A stretch of 43,960 nt of DNA from a virus (lineage: Duplodnaviria > Caudoviricetes): positions 1 through 43,960 of IMG/VR virus record IMGVR_UViG_3300022671_000006. One strand, 5' to 3'. Under the pieces are notes generated by a model. That model made no database searches, was not told the origin of the DNA, and saw nothing but the letters and a program-made list of their open reading frames with translations. The position numbers and the translations under genes were made by a program. Positions 18,714 to 28,701 of this stretch are shown here, in pieces (positions within the stretch are counted from its first letter, which is position 1; each line of letters begins with the position of its first letter).

Positions 18714-20258
18714 TTAATCGAATAAGTTGTATTCCGTCTGAGCCATCGCCGGCTCTCTCCGCATTGTCGCAAATGGCGCGTCCCTGTACGACATTTCTTC
18801 AGGAAACTTAATCTCCATTTCGGGTTCTACAATCCGCGCTGCGCAATCAAGCATGTCATCGTGTATCGCGACCGGAAACGCAACGTATTCGTCTTCCAAA
18901 AACTCACGAATGAAATCACGCACCTTCCGCTCATTATCTATAAAAAAAAGTTGATGTGGTAAGAAAATTCTATTTTTTTCAAAAAGCGGGACAAGTCTTT
19001 TGATGCGATCATTCTTCGCCATCGCACCACCAAGCGGAATAATTTTGAAGCGGTAATTCTCATGCTCCATCACATAACGCATGTGTTCGATGTCAGCTTG
19101 CATCCCGTATTTCTCATAGCCCACCGCCTCCGGCCGCCACTTGCGATGAAATTCAAAAAGCTTTTTGGTTCGTTCCGTTAAATTCATACGGTCGCGTATC
19201 GCGTCCACCAAATACAAATTTTGATCCGGTGCCGCCCCCCACACTTCGATCACGGTGTAGTCGCTGTTCTTTTTCTTCTCACCGGCCGGATCGACAAGGG
19301 TGTAGAAATTCCAATCTTGATGATTGCGCAGCACGTCATAAAACATAAGCCAATCTTTCTTGAAACCTTGCGACGTATCCGCGGTGGGGTTCTGAAGCAT
19401 CTGCGCTGAAAAAATGTATTGGCCTTGATCTTCCCGTTTCTTCATCAACTCATCACGCGTGAGAAATACCGGGTTACCTTCCAACGTCCCGTCGTGCGTC
19501 GCCGGGTAAATACGCGGCGTGGCCACGTTCCGCTTCATCAACGTCGCATAGGTGTCGCCCATGCTGTACCGCGTGCCGATAAAGCGCCGCTTCCCGCCCT
19601 TCGCACCGAGATTGAATGACAACGCCACCGCATCGGTGACCTTCGACACCATGTCCGGCGTAGACACCGATTCTTTCGTCACCACGTCATCGTAAACAAG
19701 TGTGGAAAAATGTTTTGAGGTGGGCTGCCCGTCAACAAGCCCCCATGCCTCGACGGTCGCCTCTTTTGGATTGTCTTTCCGTTTCACAATCAGGCCGCTA
19801 TCGAGTGACCACTTCGGTGATTCCCGTTTCGGCTCAGAATAGAGAACGTCTGGAAAGAGGGAATGTAAAAGCGCGTTGCCTTCCAACTCACGTTTGATTT
19901 GATCCATAAAACCTTTGGCGATCGGCCGGGTGTGAGAGAAGATTCCGATGGTAACTTCCGGATTGTTGAGGATGTCTTGAATGGATTTGGCGAAGGTGAT
20001 GATGGTTGACTTGTAATGTTCACGCGCCCACAAATCGAGGTACCCGTCCGGCGCCCGCTCCACCTCGCGGCAGCGCTCGTAAAGCCACGGTCGGTTAACA
20101 TCGCGACGTTTGAAACCGCGGGTCAAAAGAAAGAACAGATCCCCTTGGCAGAGTTTACGAATGAAGGCGGTATCGTTTCGTTTGAGTACGTCGAAGTACA
20201 GAGAATTGGATTGATCGAAGGTGAGTTTATTGCAGAGCATCTTTGATGTGATCGTCAA
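18714..20258 (-). CDS. terL: terminase large subunit
   Basis: Walker A-like AREHYKST, Walker B LVYDD, IGTRY coupling motif, RNase H-like VDPA...SDYT and HDDMLD; true start may be 20240. Confidence 0.9.
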   Translation of the reverse strand: MTITSKMLCNKLTFDQSNSLYFDVLKRNDTAFIRKLCQGDLFFLLTRGFKRRDVNRPWLYERCREVERAPDGYLDLWAREHYKSTIITFAKSIQDILNNPEVTIGIFSHTRPIAKGFMDQIKRELEGNALLHSLFPDVLYSEPKRESPKWSLDSGLIVKRKDNPKEATVEAWGLVDGQPTSKHFSTLVYDDVVTKESVSTPDMVSKVTDAVALSFNLGAKGGKRRFIGTRYSMGDTYATLMKRNVATPRIYPATHDGTLEGNPVFLTRDELMKKREDQGQYIFSAQMLQNPTADTSQGFKKDWLMFYDVLRNHQDWNFYTLVDPAGEKKKNSDYTVIEVWGAAPDQNLYLVDAIRDRMNLTERTKKLFEFHRKWRPEAVGYEKYGMQADIEHMRYVMEHENYRFKIIPLGGAMAKNDRIKRLVPLFEKNRIFLPHQLFFIDNERKVRDFIREFLEDEYVAFPVAIHDDMLDCAARIVEPEMEIKFPEEMSYRDAPFATMRREPAMAQTEYNLFD

Positions 20259-20883
20259 TGAAGAGTTTCAAACGCTCTTCCACTTCGGCGTCTGTTTCCC
20301 TCTCCACCTTCACTTTCCCATCGAGAGTAAGCTTCTCTTTGTTGAAGCCCAAAAGCTTAGCAAGCGAATCAAGCGCTTCCCGTTTGGAAATGATCTTGGC
20401 TTTCTTAACAGCACCGATCTTCTTCCGCGCTTCCCCGATACCGGTATAAATTTCGTAGATGTCCACGCCGCTCATCGCCCGCCGCGTGTGTTCAGGGATC
20501 TCAGAGATTGGTTTTAAATTGCCATCATCGTCGAGCAGTTCGATAGGATCGAAGAACGCGATAGCGCCCAACTCTTGTGCAATTCTGTCTTCATCAATTT
20601 CAAAGCGTTTCATCATTTTAGTTTGACGTTCCTCAATTTTTCGTCGAACGGTCTTGCGGTTAAAGTAGCTCCCGGAAGCGGTCGCGGCTGTCTGAGGGTT
20701 CGCTTTCGGGTGGCCGGCCATGTACGCTCTGAGTTTGTTGAACCCGTTTCTAAAGTACGCATTGACGCAGATCCGTTCGACCATTTGCGAGAGTCGGAAC
20801 TTGTTGTGCTTCTTTCGCCACTCTTCAAATTCGTGGGGTGGCAGCCATGAGCGCATTTGTCTTTCATAATCAAACCTGTCCAC
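20227..20883 (-). CDS. terS: terminase small subunit
   Basis: ELGAIAFFDPIELLDDDGNLKPISEIP and KREALDSLAKLLG motifs (Terminase_2-like); upstream of terL. Confidence 0.82.
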   Translation of the reverse strand: MDRFDYERQMRSWLPPHEFEEWRKKHNKFRLSQMVERICVNAYFRNGFNKLRAYMAGHPKANPQTAATASGSYFNRKTVRRKIEERQTKMMKRFEIDEDRIAQELGAIAFFDPIELLDDDGNLKPISEIPEHTRRAMSGVDIYEIYTGIGEARKKIGAVKKAKIISKREALDSLAKLLGFNKEKLTLDGKVKVERETDAEVEERLKLFIDDHIKDALQ

Positions 20884-21277
20884 GAGTTATCAACGCCTTT
20901 ATGCCGAGCCAAAGGGCTGCCAAAAGTCCACTCGCTAAGCCCGTTAAAAATAAAAAAAGCAAAGAAAATGAGAGCTTAGCGCCCACTTCTCTTTGCGTTT
21001 TCATCCACTTGTGGTTTTCATAAATCAAATCAAACCCTTGCTGAACACTTCCTTCCCCCAACTGGCTCATTCGATGCGCGAATTGTGCCACGCCCTCCAT
21101 TTCTTCGGATGATATTTTCAACCGGCATGTGTGTTGGTAATTCGCCATTTCCGTGCGAACCGCTTCTTGCACAACATCTTTCACGACTTCGCGGATCAGA
21201 CGGGTAAGTTGAACGTACTGCTCCGGGGGCATATCTTGTAACAACACCGATTCGGTATCGGATTTGGGTGGCGTCAT
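20870..21277 (-). CDS. membrane protein, holin-like candidate
   Basis: Single C-terminal hydrophobic segment LSFSLLFLFLTGLASGLLAALWLGI; first gene of the late operon; GGAG RBS. Confidence 0.55.
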   Translation of the reverse strand: MTPPKSDTESVLLQDMPPEQYVQLTRLIREVVKDVVQEAVRTEMANYQHTCRLKISSEEMEGVAQFAHRMSQLGEGSVQQGFDLIYENHKWMKTQREVGAKLSFSLLFLFLTGLASGLLAALWLGIKALITRGQV

Positions 21278-21325
21278 GGGATATCTCCAAAACGGTTATT
21301 GTGCGTGTAGCTATCACGCCCCAAA

Positions 21326-21354
21326 ATTATGCGATATTAAATACCCAAAATCAA
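21326..21354 (-). promoter_or_regulatory. candidate sigma70-type late promoter
   Basis: Minus strand TTGATT-N17-CATAAT upstream of the holin-like/terS/terL operon. Confidence 0.5.
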
Positions 21355-21578
21355 CAACGCGGCGAACATTTTGGACAAGGACACGCCAATCCCATTGTGG
21401 CGTCCTTCGGTGCGTCGTCGAACATGCAGCGCTGCATTGTCCCGTCTTCCGGTGTCCACGCCACCTTCCCCGGAATTGCCGGTGCGCTGAACAGCCACGT
21501 TTCCAAAATTTCTTGTATCTGCCGGATCGCGGCCACCATGTCCGAACCCGGATCTTCCCATTTGATTCTCTCACTCAT
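21351..21578 (-). CDS. small Cys-rich protein
   Basis: 75 aa, C-terminal CPCPKCSPRC; ATGA overlap with the resolvase gene. Confidence 0.6.
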   Translation of the reverse strand: MSERIKWEDPGSDMVAAIRQIQEILETWLFSAPAIPGKVAWTPEDGTMQRCMFDDAPKDATMGLACPCPKCSPRC

Positions 21579-22063
21579 TTCAACATCTCCTTTTGCTTTT
21601 CGATTTCACTCCACGCCACCGCAACTGCCAACGCGCTCCAAACGTCCTTGGAAACGCCGTACAATGGCCCCTGTTTGACTTTTTTACCGATTGCCACCTC
21701 CGGGCCACCCCACCGGTCAATAAGCGCCTGACGGACGTTTTTGTCCTTTGCACGTGGATTGCGGCAAATCTCTGTCACCACCGCTTTCCGGTGGATCCGC
21801 TCAAACCGGCCGCCGACGCGGTGCCGCGTCCACCGTTCCCAAAAGCGGCCGACCCACACGCACGTCTCCAAAACAGAATCGCCCACCACGTTCCCGTAGC
21901 TCTTCAGCATTTCGCACACGCACACCTCCGCGTAAAGCGGGCTGAGGTTTTTAGCCAACGTCTCATTTTCTTCGATGCCGAAATCGAACACCACATCGTG
22001 CGTGTTGTCATAAGCCACGTATGCCGACTTCACCGGCCCCGGATCAATCGCAATAATTTTCAT
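21575..22063 (-). CDS. RuvC-like Holliday junction resolvase
   Basis: IIAIDPG first strand, conserved Glu (VCE), C-terminal DVWSALAVA helix; GAGG RBS. Confidence 0.8.
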   Translation of the reverse strand: MKIIAIDPGPVKSAYVAYDNTHDVVFDFGIEENETLAKNLSPLYAEVCVCEMLKSYGNVVGDSVLETCVWVGRFWERWTRHRVGGRFERIHRKAVVTEICRNPRAKDKNVRQALIDRWGGPEVAIGKKVKQGPLYGVSKDVWSALAVAVAWSEIEKQKEMLK

Positions 22064-22114
22064 CTGTTGCCACCTCGTTAAATTTTCGGATTTTTAAAAT
22101 TTGGTTGCCACCGC

Positions 22115-22485
22115 GGGATCCGTGTCGCGGCCCCTCCCTTTTGGGGCGCGACACGGGAAGTGTAAGCGTCCCTAAAGGGATCCCGTGATCCCGTGTGCTA
22201 TTTTCGACGCTAAAAATAGAGTCGAATCCACGGGACGGGAAATGCTTTTTTCCAAAATCGCTTCCCGTGTGCAATTTTCGACACGAGTTCTATAATCAAA
22301 TATGCACACGGGAAAGTCCATTTCCCGTCACTTCCCGTGTTCCCGTGTTGAAAAATTCTGCAAAATTTTGCACTTTTAAAACCCATAAAAATCCTTCCCG
22401 TGATTTTCCCGTGAATAGCCGAAAGTAGTTTATAATCAATAAAACCTCAATCCCGTGTTGCTCCCGTCGGATCCCGTGTGCTATT
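22115..22485. repeat. iteron array, probable replication origin
   Basis: 12 exact TCCCGTG copies (9 forward, 3 reverse) plus 3 TCCCGTC in ~330 bp around AT-rich tracts, directly downstream of the primase-helicase gene. Confidence 0.8.
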
Positions 22486-24478
22486 GAAACATTTCATCAT
22501 TTTCATCGATTTCTTCCACAATTCGACGAATAATGAAGTGCGATTGGTGTGCATTTGGATCGATTTTGGCGCCTACAAATTTGGCGCCTTCAAACACCAA
22601 ATCGTTCTTCAAAATATCCTTCAGTTTGCGTTTGAGCGTGTCCCATTTGGCGCCGGCGAAGAGGTGCGCCACGCTTTCGGAGGTGGCTAATTCTTTGGCG
22701 ATTTCCGTCGCGCTCCGCGGCTCCGGGTTCTGCCGGAAAAGAATGTCGAGCGCTTCGGCATAAGCGTCGAGTTCGCTATGCCCCTCCACCGCTTTTGCTT
22801 CTGTTTCATCCAATGTTCTAAACCGACCTTGATCCCACTTCACCGCAATAACCTCCCCGCGCTTGGCGTAATTTGATTTCATCCGGGTAAGAATTGTGAC
22901 CTCCGGATATTTTTTGTGTGGCCCAAAAACAAGTCGATTTCTCACGCTGTTTTCCCACGCGGTTGAGCCGCTTAACATGTCGCCGGTGTTCTGTCCGGCG
23001 CGTGATGGGTGGGCTAAAAATAAGACTGTGGCTTCGTGCTTCTTTATGAGGTGGCCGAGAATGGTCTTGATGAATTTGTTCACTTTTCCCCGGTCGTTTT
23101 CGCTGCCGAGATAGATGTCGGAAAGGGTGTCGAGGATCAAAAACTTATGACCCTTCGGCATTTCGGAAAGCGCGTGATCGAGGTGCTGATAAAAACCGCC
23201 TTGGATAACGTCGTTTCCTTTCTCCGATTCTTTCGCAAGATCGTTTTCTTCTCCGACTCGCGGCCAGAGGAAGAGCGGCGCGTGCTTGAGTTCATTGTCA
23301 AAATCAAATTCGGGGGCGGCGGTGATGGCGGCGAGGCGCCGGTGGATTTCGTCAGTGCTATCCTCGCAATAGACGCAGAGAGTAGGTAAGGGGGTGGAGA
23401 CGTTCAGACCCATAAACGTGCGGCCGGTGGCCACCGAGAGGGCGATTTGGAGCGACAAGAGGCTTTTGCCGGAGCCGCCGGATCCGTACATGCTTGAGAT
23501 TTCGTTCAGCGGCAGCCAATCAGGGATGAGCCACTGACGTTCGGGGGCGTCGCCTTTGAAGTCTGAGAAGCGGCGCGGGCCTTTATAGGAGTCGATAAAA
23601 TCTTCTCGCGCCTCTTGGATCCGAGCCTCTTCGGTCTTGGAGCCGGCGGCCTCTTGGCTATGCTGATAAGCGGAACGTATTGTTTTTTCCCATCGTTCTC
23701 TATCTTCATCGGTACTGAGCCAAGAGGGTTGACAGCGCGGGTCGTAGTATTCGGCCATGAGGAACATAGCTTGATCGGGGTCAGTGATGCCAAGGTTCTT
23801 CACCATGCAAGCGGTGGCGTAGAGGGTTTTGTTTCCCATTTGACCGGCGATACTGGATGCAGAAGTGCGAACTAAATAGTCTTTTACTTTATCCAAATGA
23901 TGTTCTTTGTCGAGCAACGCGGGCGGCACCACGGTGTCGATCGGCTTTTGTCCGTTTAAAGTGGGGCGATTGGCGAGGTCGAGGATCCACTGTGGGGCGT
24001 CAGCAACACCGCCGGGGTCGGCCACCACTTCGTAGGCAACATCGTTTATTCTCGATCCGGGGGCCACGACGTAGCCGCCGCGGCTTTTGGTGTCCACCCC
24101 GGTGGCCAGATTGTCTTCGCGGCTTAAACATTCGCCTTTAAAATAGTAGTGGATTCCGTTACTTGGTGTGGTGACCGTGAGGGTGGTGGGGATTTCGTCG
24201 CGCTGCAAGATGAGGTTGGTAAAGTTTTTGGATCCGTCTTTCCCGTGCTTATTATCCACGTCGATTGCCATGTGGCCGGTGGCGCCGAGGTATACGCCCC
24301 AATTATGGAGCGAGTTAGCGGTGCCGAACTCTTGAACACGTTTTCGAGTGGCTTTTTTGGCCCATTCTTGCCACCCGGTAAAGGCGGGATCTTTCTGATT
24401 TGGTTTGAGTGGGAAGACTTTGAATCCTTTATCCAATAGATAAAGCGCCCCGTCCAGAGGCTTTTGAAATGTGGCCAT
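22481..24478 (-). CDS. bifunctional primase-polymerase / AAA (RepA-like) helicase
   Basis: N-terminal Prim-Pol (VFPLKP, AIDVD, TPSNGIHYYF, GGYVVAPGS); PriCT-like middle; Walker A GSGGSGKS, Walker B LILDT, LAHPSR, SGSTAW. Confidence 0.9.
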   Translation of the reverse strand: MATFQKPLDGALYLLDKGFKVFPLKPNQKDPAFTGWQEWAKKATRKRVQEFGTANSLHNWGVYLGATGHMAIDVDNKHGKDGSKNFTNLILQRDEIPTTLTVTTPSNGIHYYFKGECLSREDNLATGVDTKSRGGYVVAPGSRINDVAYEVVADPGGVADAPQWILDLANRPTLNGQKPIDTVVPPALLDKEHHLDKVKDYLVRTSASSIAGQMGNKTLYATACMVKNLGITDPDQAMFLMAEYYDPRCQPSWLSTDEDRERWEKTIRSAYQHSQEAAGSKTEEARIQEAREDFIDSYKGPRRFSDFKGDAPERQWLIPDWLPLNEISSMYGSGGSGKSLLSLQIALSVATGRTFMGLNVSTPLPTLCVYCEDSTDEIHRRLAAITAAPEFDFDNELKHAPLFLWPRVGEENDLAKESEKGNDVIQGGFYQHLDHALSEMPKGHKFLILDTLSDIYLGSENDRGKVNKFIKTILGHLIKKHEATVLFLAHPSRAGQNTGDMLSGSTAWENSVRNRLVFGPHKKYPEVTILTRMKSNYAKRGEVIAVKWDQGRFRTLDETEAKAVEGHSELDAYAEALDILFRQNPEPRSATEIAKELATSESVAHLFAGAKWDTLKRKLKDILKNDLVFEGAKFVGAKIDPNAHQSHFIIRRIVEEIDENDEMFQ

Positions 24479-24483
24479 GTGAA

Positions 24484-24744
24484 TTATCCCCTTTTGTAAG
24501 TCTTAAGTGGTTGTGGCTTACCATAGAAAGCCGGATGCTTAGAAGCACGGTTAGCGATCCAATGTTTCCATGAAATCTTGCGGTTTGAAAAGAGCAGCTT
24601 GGAGGCACGTTCAAAAGCAAGCGCTCGGTAGTAGCTGACGCCGCAGCGGCGGTGCAGCACGTCGTTGACGGAGCGCGGGTTTAGGCCGGCGACCTCAGCG
24701 AAGAGCGCTTGTTGACCATGCTTCCAGAATTTCTTTTTCTTCAT
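24484..24744 (-). CDS. Cro/XRE-like HTH transcriptional regulator
   Basis: QQALFAEVAGLNPRSVNDVLHRR helix-turn-helix; first gene left of the divergent intergenic region. Confidence 0.7.
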   Translation of the reverse strand: MKKKKFWKHGQQALFAEVAGLNPRSVNDVLHRRCGVSYYRALAFERASKLLFSNRKISWKHWIANRASKHPAFYGKPQPLKTYKRG

Positions 24745-24935
24745 TTATTATCCCCTTTTTAGTTTTCGGTTGGGTCAGAATCTTAAATAATAAATTTCTG
24801 CTTGCAAACGGTTTTTTATTTTTCCAGAATTTTGGGGCCGCAAGAAAAATATGTCTTGACAAGTAGTTTTGCAAGCGCAATACTAGGGGATATCGAAATG
24901 TTGAATATATTGAAAATGCTGACGGAGGTAACACC
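24745..24935. promoter_or_regulatory. divergent early promoter region
   Basis: AT-rich; rightward TTGACA(24856)-N17-AATACT; leftward TTGCAA-N16-TAAGAT; inverted pair GCTTGCAAA (24800) / TTTGCAAGC (24868). Confidence 0.65.
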
Positions 24936-25181
24936 ATGAAAGCTACTCAAGCCGACCTACTCGATACCATTAAGACCGTGGCCGAGATCCATAAAGTTCT
25001 CTTCCGCGCCCACCAAAAAGCAGACTTCCACGCTGTTGACCGTTGCGCCCGCGACCTTGTGAACGCCGGGAAAGTCTTGAAAGACCAAGCCTATCAACTC
25101 AAGAAACGCGATCCCATCATCCCGTTTGGTTATATCCAAAACGGAGTGCAGTACGACCACGAAGGTCGCGAGATAAAATGA
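24936..25181 (+). CDS. early hypothetical protein
   Basis: 81 aa; GGAGGT RBS; first rightward gene. Confidence 0.8.
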   Translation: MKATQADLLDTIKTVAEIHKVLFRAHQKADFHAVDRCARDLVNAGKVLKDQAYQLKKRDPIIPFGYIQNGVQYDHEGREIK

Positions 25182-25360
25182 AAAAGAAAAAGAGAGTTAG
25201 ATATTGGTTTGAAGAAGATGGGTGGATTTACGTTAGAACTTCATTTCTATACTTACGCGCCTATTACACAATACTCGAAGCGCGTCATTCGCAAAAGAAA
25301 TTAGGGTGGATACTTCGACGAGAGCAGCCTTCTACATGTATAACGGATCGGCGGAAATGA
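25178..25360 (+). CDS. small basic hypothetical protein
   Basis: MKKKKRVRYWFEEDG..., 60 aa; ATGA overlaps at both ends. Confidence 0.6.
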   Translation: MKKKKRVRYWFEEDGWIYVRTSFLYLRAYYTILEARHSQKKLGWILRREQPSTCITDRRK

Positions 25361-26970
25361 AAAACCTGTTCTTTAAAGATGGCACGTTTTATTTTGCTTG
25401 CGGGTATGAGGATAACGACCTCGCCCGCCGCGCCGGTTTTTCCTTTGATAAACAGACGCAAATGTGGGCCACGACGTTCGCTCAGGTGGCCGCGCAAGTG
25501 GCGTCAACTCCGGAAGAGCGGGAATTGGTGGCCGGCGCTATTGTCGAGGCAAGGCGGGACATCCTCGCAAGCTCGAATACCTATTCCGATTTCGCCCCGG
25601 TCGTACCTTCCGGCGAAGAGCTTATGCCCTTTCAGCGGGCCGGAGTGGAGCGGCTGACAAAGCGCCGCGCCAATCTCCTTGCCGATGACATGGGGTTGGG
25701 GAAGACCGCGCAAGCGGTGGCGTATGCCAATATGATCCACCCCTCGTTTGTTCTTGTGATCTGCCCGGCGTCGTTAAAGATCAACTGGCTTCGCGAGTGG
25801 CGCCGGTGGACAACACTATCGCATGAAGCGAAGATTGCTTCCTCCACCAACTTCCCAAATAGCCCGGTCGTGATTATCAACTACGACATCGTGGCCCGCA
25901 ATATCGAAGAAATCACGTCCCGCCCGTGGGATCTCCTTATTCTTGATGAGTGCCACATGCTCAAAAATTTGAAGGCGCAGCGCACCAAAGCCATATTCGG
26001 CCACCGCGGCAAGCGGGGTATATGGGCGCCCTATAAGCTTGCTTTGACCGGCACGCCAATCGTGAACCGCCCCATCGAACTCTTCTCCACCCTCCGGTAT
26101 TTGGATCCGTTGGGGTGGCCTTCTCAATTTGATTACGCCCGCCGGTACTGCGCCGCCAAGCGCACGCGGTTTGGGTGGGATATGTCCGGTTCGTCTCGAA
26201 TGGATGAGCTTCAGAACCGCTTGAGATCGACCGTGATGACCCGGAGAACCAAGGATGAGGTCTTGCCTCAGTTACCCGACAAAGTGCGTCAGGTGCTTGA
26301 ATTTGATGCCGACCGCGGGGTTAAGACCGCGCTTAAGAAAGAACAAGATTGGCTCTCGGCCGCGCTCACGCAATTAGGGGCCAAGGATCCGGAGAATTTG
26401 ACCGCGGAAGAGTATCGGGAAGTCGTGCAGTTGATGAAAGGCGGCTTGCGAGTGGCGTTTGAAGAAATGGCCACCGTCCGGCGGGAAATGGCAGAGTCTA
26501 AGATTCCTATGATTATTGAGCATCTGCACGATGTGTTGGACGCCGACAAAAAGGTGGTGGTCTTTTGCCACCACATCGAAGTCGCCAAGCAGTTGTCAGA
26601 AGAGTTTGGGAAGGTGGCGGTGACTCTTACCGGATCCACGCTTCCGCCGGCGCGGCAGCGGGCGGTGGATTCTTTCCAGAATGACCCGAAAGTGCGGCTC
26701 TTTATCGGTAACATCCGGGCGGCCGGCGTGGGGCTGACCCTCACCGCCGCATCCCATGTGGTCTTTGCCGAAATGGATTGGACGCCGGGGAATATGACGC
26801 AAGCTGAAGACCGCTGCCACCGCATCGGGCAGAAAGACTCGGTGCTTATTCAGTATTTGGTTTTGACCGGATCCCTCGACGCGGCGATGGCCAAGACTTT
26901 GGTAAGCAAATCGCGCGTCATTGAGCGGGCGGTAGATTTAGATTCCAATATAAAGGAGATGTTGAAATGA
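25357..26970 (+). CDS. SNF2-family (SMARCAL1/HARP-like) helicase
   Basis: LLADDMGLGKT, DECH, LTGTP, GVGLTLT and QAEDRCHRIGQ motifs; start re-called at ATG 25357 (ATGA overlap). Confidence 0.92.
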   Translation: MKNLFFKDGTFYFACGYEDNDLARRAGFSFDKQTQMWATTFAQVAAQVASTPEERELVAGAIVEARRDILASSNTYSDFAPVVPSGEELMPFQRAGVERLTKRRANLLADDMGLGKTAQAVAYANMIHPSFVLVICPASLKINWLREWRRWTTLSHEAKIASSTNFPNSPVVIINYDIVARNIEEITSRPWDLLILDECHMLKNLKAQRTKAIFGHRGKRGIWAPYKLALTGTPIVNRPIELFSTLRYLDPLGWPSQFDYARRYCAAKRTRFGWDMSGSSRMDELQNRLRSTVMTRRTKDEVLPQLPDKVRQVLEFDADRGVKTALKKEQDWLSAALTQLGAKDPENLTAEEYREVVQLMKGGLRVAFEEMATVRREMAESKIPMIIEHLHDVLDADKKVVVFCHHIEVAKQLSEEFGKVAVTLTGSTLPPARQRAVDSFQNDPKVRLFIGNIRAAGVGLTLTAASHVVFAEMDWTPGNMTQAEDRCHRIGQKDSVLIQYLVLTGSLDAAMAKTLVSKSRVIERAVDLDSNIKEMLK

Positions 26971-27494
26971 TTGAAGAAACACTGAAACAGATAGCGGAAG
27001 AATTAAAAGGGATCCGGAAAGCTTTAGAGTACCGGAACGAAACGCCGGTTATGCCGACGATAAAGCCGAAACCCATCAATGTTGAAATCTCTAAAAGTGG
27101 CGAGGTGGAGCCGCGCAAAGAGGCGGCCCCGGAAGATAGCCCGGAAGCGCAAGCGTTGAGATCCGAGCTTGATAAGCGCTGCATCCGCTACTCGAAGAAA
27201 GCCACAATCGAGCAGCTTAAAGAAAAGATCCGCGTTGATGACGAAAAGAAAGCACGGGTAGCCAAAGCGAAAGAGAAGAAATCCGAGAAAGCCGCGGAGC
27301 CGGCGCCACCGGTAAAGGGTGATACACCGGAAGACCGGCAAGCCAAAGTCCGCGATCTGCTCAAAGCCTACGCTTACAAATTCGGCGGCGAGAAGGCGAT
27401 GGCGGTGCTGAAGAAATTCGACGCCTCCAAAATCTCCGAGATAGCGGTGGCGGATTTGGATAAATTCATAGCGGAAATCACAATCGAGGGGTAA
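26967..27494 (+). CDS. hypothetical protein of the APSE-like replication module
   Basis: 175 aa; helix-extension-helix-like LRSELDKRCIRYSKKATIEQL; C-terminal helical domain typical upstream of DUF2800; AAGGAG RBS. Confidence 0.75.
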   Translation: MIEETLKQIAEELKGIRKALEYRNETPVMPTIKPKPINVEISKSGEVEPRKEAAPEDSPEAQALRSELDKRCIRYSKKATIEQLKEKIRVDDEKKARVAKAKEKKSEKAAEPAPPVKGDTPEDRQAKVRDLLKAYAYKFGGEKAMAVLKKFDASKISEIAVADLDKFIAEITIEG

Positions 27495-27498
27495 ATCT

Positions 27499-28683
27499 AT
27501 GGAAAAGGCACACGCAAAATTAGCACCGAGCGCGTCGAAGAGGTGGATAAGCTGCCCCGGCTCGGTTCAGTTGTCAGAAAACATTCCGGAAACAACAAGC
27601 GTTTATGCCGAGGAAGGATCCGAGGCCCACGAATACGCGGCCAAGTGGCTTATCGAAGGTGTGAAGCCGGCGGGGATGAATCCGGAAATGGCCGAGGCGG
27701 TGGAAGTTTATGTCAACTACGTGAACGGTCTTTGCAGTTCAAAAGAGATCGACGAAGGATTGAAGACCCGCTACATTGAAGAGCGTTTTTCACTTGAATG
27801 GCTGCACCCGGATATGTTCGGCACCTCCGACTTCTCACTCTATGACCGCAAAACCAAGAAGCTCACCATTGTTGATTACAAACACGGGAAAGGGGTGGCG
27901 GTTGATGCGGAGTGGAATACGCAGTTAATGATGTACGCGCTTGGAATCGTTCATACCATTTGGAGTGACAACGCCGGGATGTACTCGAACCCCTCTTCGC
28001 TTTTCGGTGAAGTGGAGTTGGTGATTGTGCAGCCGCGGGCATTTCACGCCGAGGGTGAGATCCGGTCGTGGAGTTTAACCGCGAAGGAATTGATGTTTTG
28101 GGCGCTCCAAATTCTGCGCCCATCGGCCAAAGCTACGACCGAGAAGGACGCGATGCTTCGCACCGGCGACCATTGTAAGTTCTGCCCGGCGCTTGCGATG
28201 TGTCCCGAACAGGCCGCGCGAGCCACCGCGGTGGCCAAAACAGATTTCAATGTCACCGGCTTGCCCCGCCCGGAAGATATGACCCCGGCCGATATCGTGA
28301 AGGTGCTGAAAGCATCGAGCGTTATCTCGGAGTGGGCGGCGCAAGTGGCTCTTTACGCTAAAGACCAAATGGCAGCCGGCGCCAAGTTACCCGGTTATAA
28401 GTTGGTACGCGGCCGCTCCAATAGGAAGTGGGTGGATGAGAAGCGAGCCGAAGCCACCCTCATAGCGTTGATCGGATCCGAAGCCTACACCACCAAGGTG
28501 AAGTCGATTGCGCAAGCGGAGAAGATTTTAAAGAAGGCCGGGATGTCACCGGAAGCGGCGCTTGCCGGGTTGTGGGAAAAACCGGAAGGGAATTTAACCT
28601 TGGCGCCGGAAACCGATAATCGGCCGGAAGCCACCAATACTGCTGAAATTGATTTTGTCGATAATGCCGAGTTCTTAAAATGA
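27499..28683 (+). CDS. DUF2800 PD-(D/E)XK exonuclease (Cas4-like fold)
   Basis: HAKLAPSASKRWISCPGS, FGTSD, IVDYKHGKG, QLMMYALG and HCKFCPALAMC motifs. Confidence 0.9.
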   Translation: MEKAHAKLAPSASKRWISCPGSVQLSENIPETTSVYAEEGSEAHEYAAKWLIEGVKPAGMNPEMAEAVEVYVNYVNGLCSSKEIDEGLKTRYIEERFSLEWLHPDMFGTSDFSLYDRKTKKLTIVDYKHGKGVAVDAEWNTQLMMYALGIVHTIWSDNAGMYSNPSSLFGEVELVIVQPRAFHAEGEIRSWSLTAKELMFWALQILRPSAKATTEKDAMLRTGDHCKFCPALAMCPEQAARATAVAKTDFNVTGLPRPEDMTPADIVKVLKASSVISEWAAQVALYAKDQMAAGAKLPGYKLVRGRSNRKWVDEKRAEATLIALIGSEAYTTKVKSIAQAEKILKKAGMSPEAALAGLWEKPEGNLTLAPETDNRPEATNTAEIDFVDNAEFLK

Positions 28684-28701
28684 TGTCGAAAAGGGGGAAG
28701 T

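Noticed and set aside
22115-22485. CRISPR or mini-array
   Set aside because: Repeats are only 7-16 bp, irregularly spaced and in both orientations; fits iterons
27499-28683. Cas4 / CRISPR adaptation gene
   Set aside because: Standard DUF2800 nuclease in the usual helicase-nuclease-SSB-PolA module; no other cas genes
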